A stretch of DNA of 64,000 bases, taken from NCBI GenBank assembly GCA_048938895.1, contig JBHLLU010000015.1, forward strand, positions 1 through 64,000, in the 5' to 3' direction. Shown here piece by piece: positions 19,907 through 29,799 of this stretch. This DNA is from Promethearchaeota archaeon. GTDB lineage: Archaea > Asgardarchaeota > Lokiarchaeia > Sigyniarchaeales > SOKP01. Each line of letters starts with the position of its first letter. Positions within the stretch are counted from its first letter, which is position 1. Both the position numbers and the translations under genes were made by a program. The notes under the pieces were generated by a model, which was given only the letters and a program-made list of their open reading frames with translations, was not told where the DNA came from and made no database searches.

Positions 19907-21292
19907 ATGCCTAAAATCTCATTTATTGGTGCAGGATCTTTCGTATTTGGTGAAGCTGTGCTTACTGATATCTTAACTTTTCCAGCACTCAAAAAAGATA
20001 CCATCGTTTGTCTTGAGGACATTGATCCTGGTCGTTTAGATATTATGTTCAAGTATATGAATAAAATTGTTGAAGATAATTATCAGGACCTTAAAGATGT
20101 GCAAATAGAAAAAACCCTAAACCAAAAAAAAGCAATTGAGGATGCTAAATATATCATAAATGCTATCCAGGTTGGATGGTTAGATGTGATGAAATATGAT
20201 TTTGATATACCTTTAAAATTTGGAGTAACTCAATGTGTAGGAGATACGCTAGGTCCGGGAGGAGTATTTCGTTTCCTTAGAACTGTACCTGCATTGAAAT
20301 CGATTATAGAAGACATTCAAGATATTGGATATAATGCTGGAAAAAATGGAGATAAACCACTTTTTATAAATTATACAAACCCTATGGCAATGAATACTTG
20401 GTACTGTAATACTTTATTACCAGATTCTACAATTGGTCTCTGTCATAGTGTTCAAAGCACATCTAAACTCTTAAGGGCTGCTATTGGTGTAAATAAAGAA
20501 GATTTCAGTTTCCTTTGTGCTGGTATTAATCATATGGCATGGTTTATTGAAGCATGGTATAGAAATCAAGGGGATTCTACCTGGCAGGATGCTTATCCTG
20601 AATTAAAAAAAGAGCTGAATGAAAACCCAAGATTTAATAAATCTGTTAAGGTTCGCTTGGATATGATGAATGCGGTTGGTTATTTTGTAACTGAAAGTTC
20701 TGGACATCTTTCTGAATATTTACCTTATTACCGTAAAAGAGAAGATTTGCTTGAAAAATATAAGGGTGTTAATATGTATTATTCAAACTTAAAGCATGGA
20801 TCTTATTACGATTTATGTGTTCAAATTGAAGGACAAGCAGAATTAAGATATAAAAGAAGATTAAAAAAGTCAAAGTTAAAAATTAAAAGAGGAGAGATTA
20901 AACCTTCAACTGAGTATGCATCACATATAATTAATGCAATTGAGACAGATAAGTCTTTTAGATTTAATGGAAATGTAATGAATAAACAAAGAAGTATAAT
21001 AACAAATTTACCAGAGAACTGCTGTGTAGAAGTACCCGTATTTGCGGATCATCACGGATTACATCCTCAAGGAAGTATTCAATTACCTACAATTTGCCAA
21101 GCGCTCTGCCTTTCAAATATAATGGTCCAAAAGGCAGCCGTTGAGGGAGTAATTGAATTGGATAAAGAAAAAATTTATCATGCAATATTGTTAGACCCGA
21201 ATACGGCTAGTGTATGCTCTCCTCAAGAAATTCGAGACATGGTGGATGAAATGTTTGAAAAAGAGGCAAAATGGCTTCCGCAATTTAATTAA
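19907..21292 (+). CDS. melA: Glycoside hydrolase family 4 (alpha-galactosidase/glucosidase; NAD+/Mn2+-dependent)
   Basis: KISFIGAGS, GDTLGPGG, NYTNPMA, GLCHSV, AGINHMAW, TESSGHLSEY; ATG at 19907 preferred over 19853. Confidence 0.85.
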   Translation: MPKISFIGAGSFVFGEAVLTDILTFPALKKDTIVCLEDIDPGRLDIMFKYMNKIVEDNYQDLKDVQIEKTLNQKKAIEDAKYIINAIQVGWLDVMKYDFDIPLKFGVTQCVGDTLGPGGVFRFLRTVPALKSIIEDIQDIGYNAGKNGDKPLFINYTNPMAMNTWYCNTLLPDSTIGLCHSVQSTSKLLRAAIGVNKEDFSFLCAGINHMAWFIEAWYRNQGDSTWQDAYPELKKELNENPRFNKSVKVRLDMMNAVGYFVTESSGHLSEYLPYYRKREDLLEKYKGVNMYYSNLKHGSYYDLCVQIEGQAELRYKRRLKKSKLKIKRGEIKPSTEYASHIINAIETDKSFRFNGNVMNKQRSIITNLPENCCVEVPVFADHHGLHPQGSIQLPTICQALCLSNIMVQKAAVEGVIELDKEKIYHAILLDPNTASVCSPQEIRDMVDEMFEKEAKWLPQFN

Positions 21293-23220
21293 TTATTATT
21301 ATTAATATAGTCTATAATGAATTTTCTATGTATGTCTGGTATTTTGTAAAGTTTAAAAACTAAATTATCAATTTCCTTTTGTATATCTGTAAATTTGTTA
21401 TCTTCTTCCTTGTGTAAATCTAACAGAGTCTTAACTTTTAAAATTATTTGAGCTGCTAAATTTTTTTCTTTAACAGTCTGTGGAATACAAATAGGGAAAT
21501 CTTTAATCTTTTCAATTAATATGCGTGGAAATAATTGCTTATAAGAACCAAATAGTTTTATAAAATAAAATGATAATAGTTTGGAATTTATAATGCCTAA
21601 AAAATACAAATTGTTAAATTCATCTATTGGTGATTTATAAACTCTTAGATTGTAGAAAGATTGAGAAGTTAATGAGAACTCTTTATCATAAGTTGCACAG
21701 ATTAGGTTGTTTTGGGTTAACTGCCTAATAATAATATGATCTATATATAAATTTAAATCTTTATAATTAATCCCTGGTTTTTCTACTTCAATATATTTTG
21801 AACTCTTAATCTTATATCGATTAATTGAATCTATAAACTTGACATACTTTTGTGTATTCTCTTTGGGGGGTGATTCAAATATGATTTTTTCAACATTTTG
21901 CTTTTTAAGAGGTTTTTTGCAGTCAGGACAAAGGAATTCTCTTTGAGGAATGGGGTAAAAAGTTTGACAACTCTCACAAAAAATCACTTTTCCTTTCTTA
22001 GTCAATTCTACACCTCTGCTTATAAGGATTTTAAATCCTTTTTTCTTCATTAAATCTTTTAATTTAGGAAACTGAATATTTAAATGATTAATTATGAAGC
22101 TATCTCCTTCATTTAGATGAATTAAATAATTATAATCCCACCCTTTTAAATCACTCTGTCTTATTTTTCTATAATTTTGTCCCGAAATCTTAACTTTGAT
22201 AAAGTTATTTTCTCTTTCTTGAAGATCATGTTCTTTTTCCAAAATGAGGACAATGTTTGAGACAACAGGATCCTCAAATTGGGAACCAACTACATTAATT
22301 TCTTGTATCTTTGTATTGTTATATATATATTTCCTTAATATCGAACGATTTGACAGTGCCAATAGTGAATCTGGAACAATATACCCAAGCATGCCTTCAT
22401 TTTTAAGTAATCTTATACCAATTTCGATGAAAATCTGGTAATAATCATACTGTCCTTTACTTGTTTTGAAATTTCTATTCAATATTAATTTCTTTTGTTC
22501 GTGTGGGATATCTCTGATAAATAAATATGGTGGATTTCCTACCACGTAATCATAAACATTAGTGTCACTTAAATTCAATGAATTTGAATTTATTATGTTA
22601 AACAATGGAGGGAGAGATAATTTTTCATGATCTCTGATGATTTTTATTAATTCAAATAACTCAAACATAACATTGGCTTGACACAAAATACAGGAAACTG
22701 GATTTATATCTATGCCAAAAATATTTCTATTTACATTTGAAATTATATATTTTGCTTCTTCCGGTGAAACCTCAGAAAAATCTAGCTTATTGATCTTTTT
22801 TAAAATACTTTGGACTAAACGCCTAATAGTTACAATTATAAAGCTTCCTGATCCACAGCTTACATCTACAAGTTTTTTAGTTTGAATATCCTTACCCTCT
22901 AAATAACCAACCGCATTTAGGATGTAGTCTACTATTATTTTTGGGGTATAAAATTCACCTAATTTCTTTCTTTCATTTTGATCTAGTTTCTTCTCATAAT
23001 ACTTACCTAGTGAATTGAAATTTAATTCAAAGAGATTTGATTCACTTCTTTTAACCTCTGTGCTATATTTTTCATCAAGATTTTCAAAATAATCTTCAAA
23101 ATATCTATCCAGGTTGAGTGTAATATTAGATACCTTATAATGATCAAGGAGAATTTGAATTAGGTTTTCACTTTTCATATATTCAATAAAATCATATATT
23201 AGGGAATAGTCAGAATTCAC
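21289..23220 (-). CDS. N6-adenine DNA methyltransferase (Eco57I/TaqI-like, gamma class) with TaqI-like TRD; no adjacent endonuclease
   Basis: GEFYTP, DVSCGSGSF (motif I), GIDIN, VVGNPPY (motif IV), LGIINSKLL; CxxC...CxxC insert in the TRD. Confidence 0.85.
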   Translation of the reverse strand: MNSDYSLIYDFIEYMKSENLIQILLDHYKVSNITLNLDRYFEDYFENLDEKYSTEVKRSESNLFELNFNSLGKYYEKKLDQNERKKLGEFYTPKIIVDYILNAVGYLEGKDIQTKKLVDVSCGSGSFIIVTIRRLVQSILKKINKLDFSEVSPEEAKYIISNVNRNIFGIDINPVSCILCQANVMFELFELIKIIRDHEKLSLPPLFNIINSNSLNLSDTNVYDYVVGNPPYLFIRDIPHEQKKLILNRNFKTSKGQYDYYQIFIEIGIRLLKNEGMLGYIVPDSLLALSNRSILRKYIYNNTKIQEINVVGSQFEDPVVSNIVLILEKEHDLQERENNFIKVKISGQNYRKIRQSDLKGWDYNYLIHLNEGDSFIINHLNIQFPKLKDLMKKKGFKILISRGVELTKKGKVIFCESCQTFYPIPQREFLCPDCKKPLKKQNVEKIIFESPPKENTQKYVKFIDSINRYKIKSSKYIEVEKPGINYKDLNLYIDHIIIRQLTQNNLICATYDKEFSLTSQSFYNLRVYKSPIDEFNNLYFLGIINSKLLSFYFIKLFGSYKQLFPRILIEKIKDFPICIPQTVKEKNLAAQIILKVKTLLDLHKEEDNKFTDIQKEIDNLVFKLYKIPDIHRKFIIDYINNNN

Positions 23221-23415
23221 TTTGTTAACCTAAGTTTTGCATATATTTCTTTTTTTTTTATTTTTAATTTAATAAATATAATAAGTATCTTCAAAGATTA
23301 AGTATGAATATCATGGATAGATAAAACTAATTCAATATAAAACATATTTATATAATATTGAACTATTATCTTTAATTTAATCTAAGAAATTCATTATTTT
23401 AGATGAAATTCACCC

Positions 23416-24528
23416 GTGATTTTTAGCATAATTCTTATAATTATATCACCTTGTATTTCCATTATTGGAATTTATTATTCTCTACTCAAAAGAGAGATTT
23501 TTGGAACTTATCTAAATACAGTTTTAAACATCTTACTCTATGTATTTTTTGGTATCTTTTTTCTTCCATTATATACTCTATCAGCAGAAACCTCAATAGA
23601 AGAATCTATTGCTCTTTGGATATGGAAACTTTCCTTAATTTTTTGGATGATTTCAATAAGTCTCTTAAGTATTCAGCAAAAATTAATAATTAAGATTAAG
23701 AAAATATCAAACTTTCCTTCAATACTTTATGCTTTTATAGGTGGTATAATTATAAGCTTAGTTATCCTCCCTAGTTCTATTGAAATTTTACAGGGAAATG
23801 ATAATGGTTATTATTATAGATTTAATAATTCAATTTTGCTTTTAAGTATTGTATTTTTCAATATTTTTATTTTATCTCTCTTAATCTTTTATTTATTTAA
23901 TAATTTAAGTGATCTCAGAGATAAAATAGCAGGAAGAAATTTAAGCATTCTTACTGTTCAATTTGGCATGGTTATAGTATCTTTCACTTTAAATCTTTTT
24001 ACTCAAATTACTATTTTTAAGTTTGTCTATTATGCAGTTTATTTTATAGGAGCTTTATTTGTAACTTACATAATGTACAAGCAACCCTCCTTATTTCTTG
24101 AACTTACTAATAAATTATTTGACTTTATTATCTTTCATAAGAGTGGTATTCTCTTATATTCTTTCAATTTTGAAACAAGGAAAGAAACTGATGATTCTCT
24201 CTTGAAAGGATCAATCCTTATTGGAATAAATCACATCTTAGCTAACTTTATAGATAGGAAAGATCAACTAAGTCTTATAAAAATGAAGGATCGAGATTTG
24301 ATTTTCGAATATGATAATAAGTATGATTATGCCATTCTTTTAACTACAAATCATAAACATATCTTTATAGAAAAAGCTGTTAGGAGGTTTATGCGTAAAT
24401 TTTCAGATTTAAATGGAGAAAAATTGAAAAATATGAAAGGTTTAATTGATGTTTCAGAATTTAGAAATGCAAAAGATCTAATTACAGAAATGTTTACACC
24501 TTACATAAAAAAAACTAATACCGAATAA
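23416..24528 (+). CDS. Multi-pass (~7 TM) membrane protein with C-terminal longin-like domain
   Basis: About 7 hydrophobic segments in aa 1-222, then FIIFHKSGILLYSFNF...LKGSILIGINHIL (longin-type beta-hairpin + helix). Confidence 0.7.
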   Translation: MIFSIILIIISPCISIIGIYYSLLKREIFGTYLNTVLNILLYVFFGIFFLPLYTLSAETSIEESIALWIWKLSLIFWMISISLLSIQQKLIIKIKKISNFPSILYAFIGGIIISLVILPSSIEILQGNDNGYYYRFNNSILLLSIVFFNIFILSLLIFYLFNNLSDLRDKIAGRNLSILTVQFGMVIVSFTLNLFTQITIFKFVYYAVYFIGALFVTYIMYKQPSLFLELTNKLFDFIIFHKSGILLYSFNFETRKETDDSLLKGSILIGINHILANFIDRKDQLSLIKMKDRDLIFEYDNKYDYAILLTTNHKHIFIEKAVRRFMRKFSDLNGEKLKNMKGLIDVSEFRNAKDLITEMFTPYIKKTNTE

Positions 24529-24532
24529 AATC

Positions 24533-25675
24533 ATGTACATCACATTTTTTATTATCTTAGGGATTGGATATTTTTTTATTTTTTGTGTAGCAATTTTCAC
24601 CCTAATTCACATTGCTCGATATCATAAGAACTATGGAATAAAATTGATGGCTATTCTGAATTTCCTAACAATCTTTAATATAATTATTATATATTCTTCG
24701 CTCTATATTATTTCAATTACGTTTTTCTTCTCTGAAACCCTTAATGTCATCTTATGGAAATTCTCAATTCTCTCTGGACTAGTTAGTTTACTTTTAAATA
24801 CAATTATTTTCACTTTTTTAAGACATTATAAAGAATTACCAGATTTTCCTTTTCTATATCTCATTGCTCTTTTTGGAATTGTTTCCGGTATTTTATTTTT
24901 CTCAAATTCTATTAGTGTAGATATTAATGCCTCTGGATCACCCCCCTATTTCATTATAGATACATCTCAAATCAATTACAATTATGAAATTGTCACCGGA
25001 ATATTAATAACTATTTTTCAGTGTTCAAATACAATTTATTATTTTATTCTCTCCAACCTTATCCATAAAAAATCCCGAAATAAAGATCTTACTAAAGGCT
25101 TGATCAAAAATACCTTATTTTTCCCAATCCCTATATTACTATATATTTTATACATTTTTCTTCAATTACCGATATTTAGAGAATTACATATAATATCTCT
25201 ATGGATAATTATCTATGGATACTGCATAATTTTATTAAGAGAGCCTGAAATGTTCATAGAATTAACAAATAAAATTTATTACATTAATATTTATCACAAA
25301 TCAGGAATCTTACTTTACTCTTACAAATTTGCTAAATCTCCTGATGAAGTAGATTCAGCTGTTTGGGGAAATATTCTTATTGGGATTAATTACATCTTAT
25401 CTGAGTTTGTAGATAAACGAAATCAAATTGATCTTCTACAGACGAATAATACAGATATAATTGTTAACTATGATGAGTTAGGATTTGCCATTGTTCTAAT
25501 AACAAATAAAAAAAATCAAATTTTACAGAATTTAATGAATATATTTACTGAGAATTTCAAAAATAAATTTCATGAGGAATTACTCGAAATTCAGGATTTA
25601 AATAAATTAATAAATGTCTCTGATTTCAACGGAGCAAAAGAGCTTATTGAACAAGGATTTCAGCTATATCTATAA
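24533..25675 (+). CDS. Multi-pass (~7 TM) membrane protein with C-terminal longin-like domain, paralog of the preceding gene
   Basis: ELTNKIYYINIYHKSGILLYSYKF...WGNILIGINYIL; 4 bp downstream of the paralog. Confidence 0.7.
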   Translation: MYITFFIILGIGYFFIFCVAIFTLIHIARYHKNYGIKLMAILNFLTIFNIIIIYSSLYIISITFFFSETLNVILWKFSILSGLVSLLLNTIIFTFLRHYKELPDFPFLYLIALFGIVSGILFFSNSISVDINASGSPPYFIIDTSQINYNYEIVTGILITIFQCSNTIYYFILSNLIHKKSRNKDLTKGLIKNTLFFPIPILLYILYIFLQLPIFRELHIISLWIIIYGYCIILLREPEMFIELTNKIYYINIYHKSGILLYSYKFAKSPDEVDSAVWGNILIGINYILSEFVDKRNQIDLLQTNNTDIIVNYDELGFAIVLITNKKNQILQNLMNIFTENFKNKFHEELLEIQDLNKLINVSDFNGAKELIEQGFQLYL

Positions 25676-25780
25676 TAAATCATTGTTTAAAGCTTTTATC
25701 CTTTAAAATTGGACTATAAAACCCTTTTATAAAGTAATCATTTTAGATCCTTAATAAAATTAAAAAACAACTATCTTAAA

Positions 25781-26365
25781 ATGGCTTTAAAATTTTGTCC
25801 AAAATGTGGAAATGAATTGGAACCGGATGCTTCTTTTTGTGACGCTTGTGGCGCAAGCTTGAAAGAGAGATCTGAGTTATCTCAACAGCCAGTTTCTGAA
25901 GTAAATAAAGAACCAGAAGTTGAACCAGAAGGAGTCATTTATGCTCCTTTTTTAAAAAGACTAATTGCTATCTTTTTAGATTCAATAATAATTGGTTTAA
26001 TAGGTTCAACATTCTCATGGCTTTTCATTAGTCCATGGTATGGTTTAAATTTTTTTGATCCTTTTCGGGCGTGGTGGTTCACAATGCCTTTTGATTGGAT
26101 CGTCGGTTTTTTGTATTTTTGGGGATTAGAAACACGAAATGATGGCCAAACTGTAGGAAAAATGGCTATGGGTATTAGAACTGTAGATGAACATACATTG
26201 GGACAAGCAACACCTAGTAATTATGCAATAAATAATATTCTTAAGCCATCTGGTCTAATAATAATAGATTTTCTCATTGGAATCTTTAAAAATTCAGGAG
26301 ATCCTAAACTTAGACTAAGAGTGATGCAAAATATTTCAGAAACAGTTGTTATTATGAAAAAATAG
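25781..26365 (+). CDS. Zinc-ribbon + RDD family membrane protein
   Basis: FCPKCG...FCDACG; KRLIAIFLD, GQTVGKMAMGIR. Confidence 0.85.
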   Translation: MALKFCPKCGNELEPDASFCDACGASLKERSELSQQPVSEVNKEPEVEPEGVIYAPFLKRLIAIFLDSIIIGLIGSTFSWLFISPWYGLNFFDPFRAWWFTMPFDWIVGFLYFWGLETRNDGQTVGKMAMGIRTVDEHTLGQATPSNYAINNILKPSGLIIIDFLIGIFKNSGDPKLRLRVMQNISETVVIMKK

Positions 26366-26487
26366 GTTTTTAAAACCTTTAATATTATTTTTTTAATATA
26401 TATTAGAAAATTGGGAGTTCCTCAATATTTATAAAGCTAAATTTGTATGAATACCATCAGAGAATATATTATCGAGATGATATAAAG

Positions 26488-26703
26488 ATGGAAATTTATG
26501 ATATCCCACAAGATAAAGATTGGCAATCGGATTGGACTACAATTGTAACTATTTTTGATACAATAGATCAACTAAAATCCTTATTTACTGAGCTTGATGT
26601 GCCCTACTTACGTGATGTTCAGCAAAAAATATTAATTCTAAATCTTGAAAAATATGCTTGGACATTGCAAAACTATATAATAGAGAAATATTCAAGAATT
26701 TGA
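26488..26703 (+). CDS. Small hypothetical helical protein
   Basis: MEIYDIPQDKDW...; ATG at 26488 preferred over TTG 26443. Confidence 0.6.
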   Translation: MEIYDIPQDKDWQSDWTTIVTIFDTIDQLKSLFTELDVPYLRDVQQKILILNLEKYAWTLQNYIIEKYSRI

Positions 26704-26828
26704 TTCTAAATTAGATAAACAAGGATTCTCAAAAAACAATTTACATTTTGGTCAAAACAACTGATTTTAGAAACATATTTTAAGATATCTTTCAAATATA
26801 TTAAGAAAGATACAATTTTTGTAAATAT

Positions 26829-28229
26829 TTGATGAGTGATTCAAAACTGCAATCAGAATTGAAGTTTGAGGATTATGGGAGAAAACAAAAATGGAGTTTT
26901 GGTATGTCTTCATTTGCTTTGTTTTTCATAAATAGTGCATTTAATACATGGGTTTTTTCATTCTATTTTACCGCTGTTGGATTAGAAGCTTTAACAATTA
27001 CCACTGCATTTGTATTATGGACGATTTGGAATGCCTTTAATGATCCTATGGTTGGATTTTTATCAGATCGAACAAAAACTCGGTGGGGTCGTCGTAGACC
27101 ATATCTTTTTATCGGTTTAATCCCTGTACTTATCATTGAAGTAATATTATGGTTACCACCTACAGGTAGTGAAATTCTAGGTTTTATTTATTTACTTATA
27201 ATGTTAATCAGCTATGATACGTTTTATACAATGTTAGCATTACCCACAGATTCCCTTTTTCCTGAATTGTATACATCTGTAGAAGAAAGAGCAGAAGTAA
27301 ATACAATAAGGCAAATTTTATCAACAATAGGGTTGATTATGGCGTTCTTAGTTCCAGGTATATTTATAGGAGACCTAAGTGAAAAATCTGGTTATTTAAT
27401 TAATGGAATTGTTACATCGGTAATAGTGGGTGTTACAATGTTTATTTATTTATTATGGGGTGCTAAAGAGCGTCCTGAATTTAAAATGGATCATCGTCAT
27501 GAGTTTGGATTTTTCAGGGGTTTACGGTATACGTTCAAAAATAAAGGATTTATACTCTATAGTATGATGTTTTTTTTATATGAGTATACTCTTCTCGTAT
27601 TAGCCACTACTGTCCCTTTATACGCTCAAGAAGTACTTGGAGTAACTGATACATTTCTAACTGCTTTATTATTGGGAGTAATGTTTATCATAGGGATACT
27701 TACAGTAATTATCTGGGGAAAATTGGATATAAAACTTGGAAGCTTGAAAGCATATGCGATTTCTATAGTTGCTTATATTATAGCGTCAATTCCATTGTTA
27801 ATTGTATCCAATTTCTTTACCTGTTTAATAACGGTGATATTTATGGGATTTGGATTTGGGGGTATGTTATATTTTGTATACCTCATTATAGCAGATGTAA
27901 TCGATGAGGATGAACTTAAGACGGGAGTAAGGCGAGAAGGAACATTTTTTGGGATTACAAACTTTTTTATGAGATTATCAATGATATTATCAATTGTCAC
28001 AGTAGGGTTAGTATTTACTGGGGCAGACTGGTCGGACTATACACCCAAACCTGGTGTAAACACTATTATTGGTCTTAAATTGCTTGTTTTCCTTTTCCCT
28101 GCTGTAGCACTTATAGCAACATTAATATGTTTATTATATTATCCATATACAAAATCAAAGGTAGAAGAAATTAAAAACCAGTTAACAAAATTACATACGG
28201 AAAAGAGAGATAGGCTTAAATCCTCTTAG
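26829..28229 (+). CDS. MFS glycoside-pentoside-hexuronide (MelB-like) symporter
   Basis: WNAFNDPMVGFLSDRTKTRWGRRRPY; ADVIDEDELKTGVRREGTFFG; ~12 TM. Confidence 0.9.
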   Translation: MMSDSKLQSELKFEDYGRKQKWSFGMSSFALFFINSAFNTWVFSFYFTAVGLEALTITTAFVLWTIWNAFNDPMVGFLSDRTKTRWGRRRPYLFIGLIPVLIIEVILWLPPTGSEILGFIYLLIMLISYDTFYTMLALPTDSLFPELYTSVEERAEVNTIRQILSTIGLIMAFLVPGIFIGDLSEKSGYLINGIVTSVIVGVTMFIYLLWGAKERPEFKMDHRHEFGFFRGLRYTFKNKGFILYSMMFFLYEYTLLVLATTVPLYAQEVLGVTDTFLTALLLGVMFIIGILTVIIWGKLDIKLGSLKAYAISIVAYIIASIPLLIVSNFFTCLITVIFMGFGFGGMLYFVYLIIADVIDEDELKTGVRREGTFFGITNFFMRLSMILSIVTVGLVFTGADWSDYTPKPGVNTIIGLKLLVFLFPAVALIATLICLLYYPYTKSKVEEIKNQLTKLHTEKRDRLKSS

Positions 28230-28251
28230 AATAATTTTTTTTCACTTCTTT

Positions 28252-29760
28252 TTAATCTGATACCTCTGGTAAATTTAATGATTTATCTGAGTCTTCTAAT
28301 CCTTCTAATCTGCGATACTCATCATAAGTGCGTCCAGAGACTATTTTGTGATATTCATTCAACTTTTTTTCCACATATTCACCTAAACTTGGTCCTTTTT
28401 GAGTTTCTAATATTTCTTCGACCTTTTCTTTTGCTCTATCCATAATTTCTTTAGCACCTGCTCTTTGCCATACACCTCTTCTATCTCTATCAGCAAGTAA
28501 AGGGACAAAGAGTTCTTTCCGGGTATTCTTTGCTGTATGCTTCAAGCTTAAATAGGATTTTCCTGACGTGGCAACTTTTTTAATTTCCTCTATAGCAAGA
28601 GATTCTTTTTCAACTCTAATGCCTTCTAAACCTCTTTTTACAATACTACATAATTCATCATCAATTACCAATAATTCTAAAGCTTCTGAAAGTGATGATT
28701 CATAAGTTCCTGCACAGGTTATATAGTTAATACCCGCATGAGCAGATGTAAACAAAGTCATAAATCTTTCATATCCATTTTGAATATCAAAACATTTAGA
28801 TTCTGTAACCGCTCCTGGTCCTCGTGAAGGTATATCGTAATATCGAGCCATTTGAGCTGTAGCTGCGGTAATTAAACCAGTTTCTATGGAACCCCATGCT
28901 ACATTACCCGTTGCTGGGTCCATTGGTGCTGACATTGATGAATAGAAAACAGGTGCACCCGGATTAATGAGTTGAGTAAGTACTATTGCTGAGAGTGTTT
29001 CCATATTAGCTTGAACAAGTAAACCCGCAAGAGTAACGGGCGCTGTTGAACCTGCACTAGCAGCAGGTGCTATTATTAAAGGTTGATTATATTTAGCAAA
29101 TACAAAGAGACCATTTAATAGAATTTGTGTATGAATTAACGGACTCGTTGGATTATAGAAGCCAATAAGTCTAGGTCTTTTTTTAAGTTCCTCTTCACTC
29201 CCGACGATAATAGAAAGCATATTAATCATATCCTGTGATGGAGTTCTCCCTAAGCATCCTAAACCATATGGTTTAAAGCTGTTTCTGGCCCAAGCATTGA
29301 TTGCATGCCAATGTAGCTCTGTATATGGAACATCATTTGGCCACACATCTACATGACTACAATGTATGTTTTTCAGACTATCAACGATACGAATCTGTTT
29401 GATCGTATCGGCAAGTGCAGTTTTCCTTATCCCTTTCTTATGGGTGCGGTCATAAATTTTTACAGGAGTACCTACTGTAGCAAAATTTACAGTGTTTGTA
29501 TTTATGTCTAATTGGAATGATCCATCTGGTCCCCAAAGAGAGAAGGAATTTGGTACGGTTTTAAGGTGTTTAACTACAAGATCGTGTGGAAATTGGACAA
29601 AATGATCATCCTGATTTAAAATACATCCCTTTTCTTTTAAAAAATCACGTGCTTCTGGAGACTCTACTTTAACTCCAATATCTTCAAGTAAATCAAGTGT
29701 ATGATTATGAATTGTATCAATTTCTTCATTTGATAACACTTCTAATTTATTCATTTTCAT
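28252..29760 (-). CDS. MttB superfamily (non-pyrrolysine) methylamine:corrinoid methyltransferase 1
   Basis: PTSPL, GSTAPVTLAG, QMARYYDIPSR, ESKCFDIQNGYE, LVIDDE; Val at the Pyl-equivalent site. Confidence 0.88.
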   Translation of the reverse strand: MKMNKLEVLSNEEIDTIHNHTLDLLEDIGVKVESPEARDFLKEKGCILNQDDHFVQFPHDLVVKHLKTVPNSFSLWGPDGSFQLDINTNTVNFATVGTPVKIYDRTHKKGIRKTALADTIKQIRIVDSLKNIHCSHVDVWPNDVPYTELHWHAINAWARNSFKPYGLGCLGRTPSQDMINMLSIIVGSEEELKKRPRLIGFYNPTSPLIHTQILLNGLFVFAKYNQPLIIAPAASAGSTAPVTLAGLLVQANMETLSAIVLTQLINPGAPVFYSSMSAPMDPATGNVAWGSIETGLITAATAQMARYYDIPSRGPGAVTESKCFDIQNGYERFMTLFTSAHAGINYITCAGTYESSLSEALELLVIDDELCSIVKRGLEGIRVEKESLAIEEIKKVATSGKSYLSLKHTAKNTRKELFVPLLADRDRRGVWQRAGAKEIMDRAKEKVEEILETQKGPSLGEYVEKKLNEYHKIVSGRTYDEYRRLEGLEDSDKSLNLPEVSD

Positions 29761-29799
29761 TATTTTAACCTTAGCTTATGAATTGTTGATACATTTATT

